Under the pieces are notes generated by a model. That model searched no databases. It had not been told where the DNA came from and saw only the letters and a program-made list of their open reading frames with translations. The position numbers and the translations under genes are program-made. From assembly GCF_009914755.1 (NCBI RefSeq), contig NC_060928.1: 64,000 nucleotides of DNA. One strand, 5' to 3'. The stretch is from the human T2T-CHM13v2.0 reference genome, Homo sapiens. Every line of letters begins with the position of its first letter. Position 1 is the first letter of the stretch. Of the stretch, positions 1-11,751 are shown one piece after another.

Positions 1-104
1 TGATGGGTGCAGCACACCAACATGGCACAGGTATACATATGTAACAAACTTACACGTTGTGCATGTGTACCCTAAAACTTAAAGTATAATAATAATAAAA
101 AAAA
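1..104 (+). mobile_element. 3' end and A-tail of a young primate L1PA element (continues left of the window)
   Basis: gggtgcagcacaccaacatggcaca...cctaaaacttaaagtataataataataaaaaaaa matches the L1PA 3' UTR terminus. Confidence 0.9.
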
Positions 105-164
105 GAATTTTGAATGTTAAAAAAAGATGCTGAATCATAAATATAAACATCAAAAAAAAAAAAA

Positions 165-1211
165 CCAAAAAGATAATCCATGATGATCAAGTGGTTTTCA
201 TACGAGGGATGCAGGGATGGTTTAACAGATGTAAGTCAATAAAAGTGACACACAAGCAAAACAGAATTAAAAACACATATCACATGATCATCTCAATAGA
301 ATTAGAAAAAGCCTTTGACAAAATCCAGCATTGCTTTATGATTAAAATCGTCAGCAAAATCGGCATAGAAGGGACATACCTTAAGGTAATAAAAGCCATC
401 TATGACAGACCCACAGACAACATCATACTGAATGGGGAAAAGTTGAAAGCATTCTCCCTGAGAACTGGAACAAGACAAAGATGCTCACTTTTACTACTAC
501 TATTCAACATGGTACTGGAAGTCCTAGCCAGAGCCATCAGACAAGAGAAAGAAATAAAGAGCATCCAAATCAGTAAAGAGGAAGTCAAGCTGTCAGAAAT
601 AAAGAGCATCCAAATCAGTAAAGAGGAAGTCAAGCTGTCACTGTTTGCTGAAGACATGATCATATACCTAGAAAACCCTAAAGACTCATTCAAAAACCTC
701 CTGGTAAATGAATTTAGCAAAGTTTCAGGATACCAAATTAATGTACACAAATCAGTAGCCCTTCTATACACCAACAGTTACCAACCTGAGAATCAAATGA
801 AGAACACAACCCCTTTCACAATAGCTGCAAAAACATAAAGTAAAATACTTAGGAATATACCTAACCAAGGACATGAAAGACCTCTACAAGGTAAACTACA
901 AACAGTGCTGAAAGAAATTATCAGTGACACAAACAAATGGAAACACATCCTATGCTCGTGGATGGGTAGAACCATTATCGTGAAAAAAACCATACTGCTA
1001 TAAGCAATCTACAAATTCAGTGCAATTCCCTTCAAAACACTACCATTATTCTTTGCAGAACTAGAAAGAAAAAACCCTAAAATTCATATGGAACCATAAA
1101 AGAGCTCACATAGCCAAAGCAAGACTAAGCAAACAAATCTGGAGGCACATTACCCAACTTCAAATTATAAGGCCATAGTCACCAAAACAGCATGGTACTG
1201 GTATAAAAATG
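165..1211 (+). mobile_element. Older L1 (L1PB/old L1PA type) ORF2 reverse-transcriptase fragment, decayed
   Basis: ORF 191-838 gives [33 protein letters not shown] (degenerate FADD motif), FSKVSGY. Homology continues with stops to ~1210. Confidence 0.93.
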
Positions 1212-1312
1212 ATACGGGGTGTGAATGTTTAGTTTTTGCTGATTGTATTGAATAATTTGAATAGTTTCATAAATCCTTGTAATAAAGAGTCCTAAATTAA
1301 TATATGTTCCTC

Positions 1313-1777
<465 letters not shown>

Positions 1778-3614
1778 CTAAAAGGAGATAGCCTTGAGAG
1801 GAAAAAAATTTAAAAATAAAATTAAAAATTTCAATAATTTACCATGATCTTGGCATTATCTAATTTTATTGTTTTAAATTCTAATATAAAGGCTAAGGTT
1901 TTCAATTTAAAAGGTTTTAGATTTAAAGGATTTTTTTATTATATTTTCTTGAGTTTCTGAAAAATGTTTTCTGGAAACCATTTTTTGTGAAATAATACAC
2001 ATTATGTTTCAAACACAGGATTATAAGTTTTTTACTACCAGACATTTCTATTTTCTTGTGGTAAAATATTACATTTATTGTTTCTCCTTTAAATAAATAA
2101 TTTATAAAGCATATATGATCAAGCACAGGGATTTTATGTTAGAAAATATGAGATGCTAGCATTTATACTTTGATAAACTAAAAAGTATATTAGTGACCCT
2201 TCACACTTTTTATCTGTCCTCACTTTCTTATTCATGTTTGTATAGTATTGTTTTTGTCACAAATTGAGTCATGCAATATGTTAGCAGCGAGGTTCGTTAG
2301 ATAAACCTCAGCATATTTTTTTAAAAAGGGGTTTTAATGATATTTACTAGCATTTAATATTTCAAAGACTTGACCTTGAAATATTCAAGGTCAATATTTC
2401 AAATAAGTTCCCTTGAAGTTTTCTTCACAGTGAAGTATATGTTATGAACTATACAATTTGTCTAAGGAAAAATACCAGCAATACATTTTTGTTTGTTTTT
2501 CTTTATGTAGTTTCACATTTGTTTTGAGGATATTTTTCTATTCACTTATGCATCTTGCAAAATATTTATAACACAGATAAAATAATAATCATTTAAGGAA
2601 AACAAAGTAACCAGGATATGAAAAAAAATAAGATGAGGCTATGGATAAGGTTAAGGCACAAAAAGTTTACTAGTGTTATGACGGTGAATTGAAAATGTTA
2701 TTTTGAGTGTCCTATTAGCATGTATGAAGAAAGAAAATCAGTTGAAAAATCAAAATATATATCATCAATCATTCAATCAGTGAATGTATTTTCTTAAATA
2801 AAATAATTCTTGTTCCTAAGAACTGAAATGTATTTTGCTCACATGTCTTCATAAGGTGCACATGATTTGAATCGGGAATAATTTGCTTAGCAACCCCCTT
2901 CAGTACAAGCTGAGACATCATGCTGCCAGTTCAGTATTAACAGTTCTAAACGGTGCCACGTCAGTGTGGCAAAAGCTTGGAGCCTTATAAGGAACGTACT
3001 TAATTCAAAATAAAATCGATTAACTTTTTTTATACTTTGTATTCCTCAAATAATTTCAATATGGAAATTAGGTAAAGTAAATATTGTCAAGAATTTTAGT
3101 CAGACAGAAAGTAATTACCATAAAGCTTAATAAAATATCAGATATTAAGCAATGTTATTTCCTGATGAATCCTCTGAAATGAGCTGTTGATGAAAGATAA
3201 CCACTGGGTAACAAATAAGACAATTTTGCAAATGGCTGTTATCAAATAACTGGTTAAATATTAAGCAATGCATATTCTAAATAAGAATTTGGGTTTGTGT
3301 TTTGGAATACTTAATCTTTAGCTATTTAATCCATGGTAAACTAAAACAAGGTCCTGTTTCTATTTCGGCTACTCATAGGATTATCTTCGTAGTGGCAGAA
3401 GCTGATGGGAAATATGCACCTGGGTAATGAGAGTGATGCATCATAATTAAATGAATTAAAGTTAAAAGAGGGCTAAAACACATTTTAGTGTTACCCATTT
3501 GGAGTATATTACTTACAATACTGTTTCTTTAATTCTTACCCTGACTTCTGTGTTAGTACTGGGGTAGGTTGTACATAATCATTGGCAATTTATAGCTGGA
3601 GATCTCAGTTGATG

Positions 3615-3850
3615 GGAGTAGAACTAGCAGTGGCTTCAGGGTAGGGAAATGGAGAGATGATCAAAAGATACAAACTTTCAGTTGTAAGATGAGCACATTC
3701 TGAGGATCTAATATACAGCATGAATGGTGAGGGATGTGTTAATTAATTTGTGGCTATCACTGCACAATATGTACGTATATCAAATCATTACCTTTTTTTT
3801 ACCTTGACTATATTCAATCTTATTTATCAATTAAATATTTTAAAATTCAT
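3615..3850 (+). mobile_element. Old L1M (L1MA-like) 3' UTR fragment
   Basis: gatacaaactttcagttgtaagatgag...ttctgaggatctaatatacagcatg resembles L1MA 3' ends. Confidence 0.6.
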
Positions 3851-4009
3851 AAAGTTAAAAATAGGTTGATGGAAAGGAAAATTGAATGCCTATAATGAGC
3901 CAGTCTCTTTTTGTAAACCCTCTCAACTTAATCCTCACAATAACTCTGAGAGAAAATTGCACCTTAATGATTCATTCAAAATAAAGAAACTACAAATTAA
4001 TATCAAAAG

Positions 4010-4200
4010 AGAGCAGGCATTTTAAAGATAGGCATATCCAAGTTAGAATTCCAGCTCTGCCCACAGTTGCTTTCAACAAATGATATTTCTGAGCTCAGTT
4101 TCCTCATTTGTAAAATGACAATAATTATGTCTGTCTCAAAATATAATCCTATCTAAATGAGTGACATGCAAAGTTCTATTCTCAGTTGCCCAAAATAGGG
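4010..4200. mobile_element. MIR relic
   Basis: MIR core ctgagctcagtttcctcatttgtaaaatg. Confidence 0.6.
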
Positions 4201-4487
4201 TAAGAGCCCAGTACAAGTTGGTTACCATTCTTGAAATTTTAGACAGTTTTAATTCCTTGTTAAAGACGTTGTCCCATTATTGGTTATTTTTTGTAGACCC
4301 TAGTTTCTTAATGTTTTATCATTATTATAAATTATTTTAAAATGTGCTTTCTGATTTAAATGTTATTATCTAAATTTTATGTAACATTTTAAGTGATAAT
4401 TTACTAGTACTAAATATTCAAAAATCAAATAGGACACTTTGCTTATAATAGGTGGTATATTTCTTTGTGTTAAAACCAGTGCATTTA

Positions 4488-4858
4488 CCATAAAAAAGAA
4501 TGAGTTCATGTTCTTTGCAGGGACATGGATGAAGCTGAAAACCATTATTCTTAGCAAACTTAACACAGGAACAGAAAACCAAACACCACATGTTCTCACT
4601 TATAAGTGGGAGCTGAACAATGAGAACACGTGGACACACGCAGGGGAACATCACACACCAGGGCCTGTCAGTGGGTTGGGGGCAAGAGGAGGGAGAGAAT
4701 TAGGACAAATACCTAATGCATTCAGGGCTTAAAACCTAGATGACGGGTTGATAGGTGCAGCAAACCACCATGGCACATGTGTGCCTATGTAACAAACCTG
4801 CACCTTCTGCACATGTATCCCTGAACTTAAAGTATAATAAATATAAAAAAAATTTAAA
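4488..4858 (+). mobile_element. 5'-truncated L1PA 3' end with target-site duplication
   Basis: L1PA 3' UTR plus A-rich tail. TSD aaaaccagtgcattta (4472-4487) / aaaaccaatgcattta (4859-4874). Confidence 0.93.
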
Positions 4859-4927
4859 AAAACCAATGCATTTAAATGCATGAACTTTTTTTCTGGTTGT
4901 TAGTCAAATGTCCAAATTGCCATAGCA

Positions 4928-4977
4928 TATTTAAAATAGAAATTTATTTGAAAAAGAATAAATTTCTATTTTAAATA
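4928..4977. repeat. Perfect AT-rich inverted repeat, 21-bp arms, 8-nt loop
   Basis: tatttaaaatagaaatttatt-tgaaaaag-aataaatttctattttaaata. Confidence 0.95.
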
Positions 4978-5634
4978 CCTTAAAAATTATTAACCATTAA
5001 TATTAACCATTAATCATTAATACTCAAAGAGAAATTATGGCTGTTACTTTGTATTAAGGTTGATATTTACAATTTGCAGAAGAGTTTTTAAATTAAATTA
5101 AAAATATATCTTACTTATTTAATGTTTTTGGATAAAAAGAATGTAATGGTCATTTGGATGATAGAATGAAGATATTTTATGTTGTTTTGGTTATTTATTT
5201 AGTATATTAGATCTGAAAACACCTAGGGCAGTGTCTCTTGGTATATATCCAAAGGAAAATGGGGAAGTAATGGCCCAATGATATCAATGAGGAATTAATT
5301 GCGTAGTTGCTAAATTATTTTGAGTTTGATGAACAAGCAATATAAAAATTCTGCAGTGAGTTAGGAACTCCTCCTGTGCCTATTAATTAGGGAGATAATT
5401 TTTGTTATTAATTTTTAATGAATAATAGTACAGCAGAGCAGAGATGAAACCCTAGTGGTTTTCCTAATACGAATGGTAATGTACAGAGAATTGCAACAAC
5501 ATTCACACAGGGAAAATTATAGAAATCAACTATAAATTTCTACAAGCTCTGATGTGTCTTGGTCAGAAAAAGTGTGTCTAAAGTATTTTTAATCTGATTA
5601 TATAAAACTAAGAAACATACAGCACTTAATTTTT

Positions 5635-5850
5635 GAAGTATAACATAATGGTTAAAAATATGGATGCTGGCTCTGGAATTAGACAAATCTCAACCACCAG
5701 CCAGGCTATGTAAACTTGAGCAAGTTATTTAATCTTTTGCAGCTTTTCTTCTTCATCTGAAAATGGGCGCGATGATGTATCTACCTCATAAATTTGATGG
5801 AGAAACAATAAGTTAAAGCTTTGTAGAATATGCAATCTCATGTCCAGCAT
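5635..5850. mobile_element. MIR relic
   Basis: taatggttaaaaa...gctctggaattagac...aacttgagcaagttatttaatctt...ttcatctgaaaatggg. Confidence 0.6.
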
Positions 5851-7542
5851 ATATATTTTTAAGAACTACTGCTAATACCATTTTAAAAATATGCATGTAA
5901 AATGTGATATACCTGTATGTAGGCCAATCAGCATCTGATTCTGACAGATTTAGTGATCTTTCCAGTCTCTATTAGTGGAAAATCTTAACATTTTTAAATA
6001 TAGAATTTCTCAAATTTTAAGTATAGAATGCCACAGCACATGCAACTAATTTTTATCATTTATTTCTAAGCTTATAAAATTATAGCACTAAATAAAATAA
6101 TGGGATAATAAATAATATTTATTGAGTCTAGGTGCCAATTTATGAGGTAAATAACATCACTTTCTCATTTGAGAAAGTTGGAGCTTTGAGTGATAAAGCA
6201 TTATAGGAATAAATATCCCAGCTAGACTCAAACATGGTATTTCTGACTCTGAGGCTCTGTAATTAGCCATTTTGATTCTGTTGACTAATAAAATTAATTC
6301 ATGTAAAATGTTAAAATCACATGTTCACTGAAGCATTTGTTTTAAACTGACCTTCTGTTCTAATAGCTTTTTAAGTTATGGGCATCACTTAATATATATT
6401 TGTCTTTGACTTCACCTAAGAAGTTGGAATTAACTATGTTTATTTATTGAAGCATATACATTGTGCTGACCACTGGCCTGGGCACTTTGTTGTTTCAGGT
6501 TTTGCTTTAGTTTTAAGCTATAATTTCTAAGCATTTTGGATTATCTAATTTAATCCTCACAGCAATTCTCAGAAAGTGTTATCATTCTCTCTTCATAGAT
6601 GAAGGAAGAGAAACCCAGAAGAGCACTGTTATTTGTGCATGATTACAGAGCTATTCTTGGGTTTCAATTATGCCTATGTGGCTTTGATACCCACTTACTG
6701 TTTCCACTATAAAAGCTCTCAATGATGTTTAGTTACTAGAAGGAGCAGTTATAATAGCGTTTCCAAATTTTCTATTACACTACAATTTTGATAACACTTT
6801 AGTGAGGATGAAATTGTGATCTCAGTTGTCACTTTGTGTGTTTCATCAGCAGATCCTATTACTCTGTATTTCTACTTCAAAAGGGATACAATACCTGTTA
6901 TCTGCTTGGTTGCCATTAGATGGCAATCTTGTTCTTCTAACGATGATAGTAATCCTGTCATACATTTGTATTCAGCTTTATAGTTTACAAGCTATTTCAA
7001 ATATGTTATCTCATCAAATTATCACAGTAACACTCTGAAATAGATGTTAATATACATCAAGTACAGTGGAGGGAGCAAATACTCTGGTTAAAGAACTTAT
7101 TCAGCCAGTATTAACCTAGATCTTAACATTAAATGGCAGTTTCTTTTAACTGTTTTTCTAGACCTTGATGCTTCTAATTTTATGTACAGTTCTAATATAC
7201 TTGGTTATATGTTTTCCAAGGCACTGAAAATCATAATAACATCTTAGAAGAGGAGAGAGAAGAGGAGAGAGAAGCAGCAGGGAATGAAGTATTGCTGTAT
7301 TACAATGTGGCACACCATTACTTTTTAAAAACTATTATTGTAGTTCTTAATCATCAAGAAAAAATACATTCTGCATTATTCTGAGATGGAGAGCTGTATA
7401 ATTCACTTTGGAAATATATCTAAACTCTTATTTATTCTTTAATTTATTGAATGAAAATAAACCCTCAGTTCTTCATATGCTTTAACTATCCAGGAAGTGT
7501 CATTTTATAATGATTCCCCATGGCAAAAATGTGAATATACCT

Positions 7543-7623
7543 TAAACTTTTTATATGTTTTTTATGTTTTTCCCCATATTCTTTCCCCAGGTTCTTGCAA
7601 AAGACTACTTAGATATAAGGATA
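7543..7623 (+). repeat. Copy A of an 81-bp dispersed inverted duplication (partner 9275-9355)
   Basis: Reverse complement of 9275-9355 with 2 mismatches, aligned by hand. Confidence 0.95.
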
Positions 7624-9274
7624 GCTGTGCGAAAGGCTTTCCTAATTGTCGTACTTGAAAAAGCAGTAATTTATAGTCTACTAATTGAGTATGGGGACCA
7701 TGATATTCCTTAAACACAAGACTATATAATTATCGATAATACATTTTTAGTGTAGATATTTCAAAATTTAATATTTTTTATTAGCTGTTTTTGCTCGACC
7801 AATTTACAAATTGACCAATTGATTAATTCATTAGTTTGATACATTCTTTTACACTCCCATTAAAAAATATTGAACTTATTAATTAAAATAGTAACATTCA
7901 CCTGGGTGCACTCTTTTCATACTCTGTGTTAAATGATGTACTTAAGTGACAGAATAATGTTCTAACTGGGAGAGAATTTTAGAAGTAGAAGCTCCTCCTA
8001 CTTCTTCTCCTATGAATATTAATAGTTTTAAATGTTTTGTTCAGGGTCACATAGTTTGCTTGTAATAAAGAGATGACTCTTAAGTAAGAAATTGACTAGC
8101 TCCATGTAGTAAGATGGCAATTATTTGATTTTTATGGTAGTTGCCAACAGACTAAATCATTTGCATTTCCTGATTTAAAAGTGCTTCTGCCTATCTATTT
8201 TGCCTTTCAGACTTTGCTATATTTTTAAGAGGATTGCTTCAGTGACAAAGAAGGCTTTTAGATGGAACAGTTTTCTAAATCCAATCAACAGTAGCTGAAA
8301 AATGTTTATACATCCTGACCTAATTTAGTATTAAATAACAACAATTTTAATGAAGTCATAGTATTTACTTGTAACCTGCTATTGTAGCATTTCCTACTGA
8401 CATAAACTCTCTTCTGCTGCACAAAAGGGCAGTCAATGGCCCAAGTTCATTAGAGGATACAGTCAAAAGAAAAGATGTATTTCATTCGGCATGGTTTTTC
8501 TGGTGCAATTAGAAAAGAAAATATGTGTCTCAATATAAAATTTCATGGCCTCTTACAATTATGTGGTGACATCTCCATACAATTGCTTGAATAATGCCAG
8601 GAACATCAGCTGTCACTATCAAAATGAACAAGTAATTAAGAAAGCAAACGCTGGTCTTTCTTCTAAAGGAATAGAATATTTATGTATTTAAAGTTGTTCA
8701 CCAACAAGAAAAATAACCACTGACATGAAACATAATTTCCTATCGTGCCTGAGGCAGAAAAGAGAAATAATAATGAAGATTCACACAATTACAACAAATT
8801 AGGTTGCAATTGTGCATACTAAAAACAATTATAGACTTTCTATTCATCAGGTCATATGATAGCATCTTATCTCTTTTATTTATTTTCTGATACTCTATCT
8901 TATTAATCACATTTTCTAAAAGCTTATGATGGAATTGGGAAACTCTTACTCTTATCAAGACCACATTTTCTGTACCCTTACATCATAACGTGCTAGCATA
9001 ACCTAAAGTAGGCTAAGCCTTGTCTGGATAGTAGAATGATAGTAGATCTGATTGAAGCCATAATAGTGTTAAATGCTGGCTCTTCAACCTTTTGATAAGA
9101 CAGTGTTCAGTTTATTGTTTACTGAGGTAAGGGAAAAACGCTACCTTGACTGAATTCTGGTAGTTTTCTGTAGAGGAAAGTACAAGATAGGATTTACTGA
9201 GAGTATGAATGTGGTTTAAGGCAGATGTTTCAATTGAAGGGTTTGTTTGAATTGGATAAAAATAATGATTTTTT

Positions 9275-9355
9275 TATCCTTATATCTATGTAGTCTTTTG
9301 CAAGAACCTGGGGAAAGAATATGGGGAAAAACATAAAAAGCATATAAAAAGTTTA
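9275..9355 (-). repeat. Copy B of the 81-bp inverted duplication
   Basis: tatccttatatctatgtagtcttttgcaagaacctggggaaagaatatggggaaaaacataaaaagcatataaaaagttta is the reverse complement of 7543-7623. Confidence 0.95.
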
Positions 9356-9949
9356 GAGTTGTAGGATTGGCGGAAACAGTGAGGGGAGGATTTTAACATG
9401 AAGAATTTAATGACTCTTAGGGGTTGAACTCTCTGTTGATGCTTTTTATTGAAAAATTGGTGGGTCTTTGGGGACAGTCAGTGGTGTAAAATGTTTTGGA
9501 ATTGTTAGGGTACACCAAAAAGACAATAAAATAGGAAAGTGATGTTAAAGTAGACAGTCTGCTGTTTGTGGGTTGGTGGTTTTGGGCCTCAGTCTCCCTA
9601 CTGAGGGAGGGAGAAGGATAGAACATTTTTAACTAAAGGCATAATCAATCCAGATTTTCACTAATGTTTGAGGTGTTACAATCACATATCAGATTTCTAG
9701 GGCTCATTATCTCAAATGTCCATGAAAGTCAGTTTTTTCCTCTTGAATGACCTTTTTCTTTGTTGGAGAACTTGACAGGGCAGCAGATGTGCAAAGTCAT
9801 TTAAGACTCTGGAAATCACATCTCTGAACACAACAACACAAATAGAAGGATTATTATCAGGGTTTGTGTCCACTCCTTGGCCAGTGGCCAAGAGTGCTCA
9901 ATTCAACAACGGAATAAATTTCATCCCTATTCTGAAGAGCCCATAGAAC

Positions 9950-10305
9950 CAGACACATGATCCTCCAGCACTTTGGGAGGCTAGGCTGGAAAATTGCTTG
10001 AGCCTAGGAGTTCAAGACTAGCCTAGACAATATAGAGAGACCCTCATCTTTACAAAACATAAAAGAAATTATCCAAGCATGGTGGCATGCACCTGTAGTC
10101 CCAGCCAGTTGGGAGGCTGGGGTGGGAGGATCGCTTACACCCAGGAAGTTGAGGCTGCTGTGAGTCATGATTGCACCACTGCACTCCAGCCTGGGCAACA
10201 GAGTGAGTCTCTCTCTCTCTCTCTTTCTATAAGATCAATGTCAAGTCATAGAGACCCTGTTTCGAAAACAGAAAAAAAAACACCAAACGAACAAACAAAA
10301 AAACA
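9950..10305 (+). mobile_element. Old AluJ with a ~45-bp insertion near its 3' end
   Basis: ttgcttgagcctaggagttcaagac and gaggctgctgtgagtcatgattgcaccactgcactccagcctggg are AluJ-type. Confidence 0.85.
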
Positions 10306-10774
10306 CCAGATATGGGATTCTTAACCAAATTACCTAATTTTCTGCTATGTTTATTTTTAGGCAGGCGACTTTGGGTAACATTACAGAAGCATCTTCAGGC
10401 TGTGTCTCAAATGGATATTCGGGATAAGGTTTAGATGGAAAGAAATCTCTCATGAACTAAAATATTTTCAAACTTTGTCCCAAGTGCAGTACACTCTCAA
10501 CAGCCTCAAAATGACAGGGTAAACAGGAGCATTACTGAGAGATGGATTAAATCAGCTTATCGTTGTAAATTCTTCCATATTCGATAATGATGACTTGGGA
10601 AGTCTCTTTTGTTTTCTCCTTGTGAGATTTTGTCTACTTATTGAACATCAGTATATGCACTGAAAGATCTAGTTTTTTTCACATATCTTGGCATCAATAG
10701 TAACTTGGGCCTGCTCCCATATGTAGAGCATTCATAGATCAGAAAATAATTAAAATATATATTATTTGGTGTAA

Positions 10775-11150
<376 letters not shown>

Positions 11151-11161
11151 CAGGTGATTCA

Positions 11162-11427
<266 letters not shown>

Positions 11428-11443
11428 TAATGAATGAAATATT

Positions 11444-11751
<308 letters not shown>

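Noticed and set aside
191-838. 215-aa ORF as a functional reverse transcriptase
   Set aside because: It is a fragment of L1 ORF2 with a mutated catalytic motif (FAED), an internal duplication and downstream stops.
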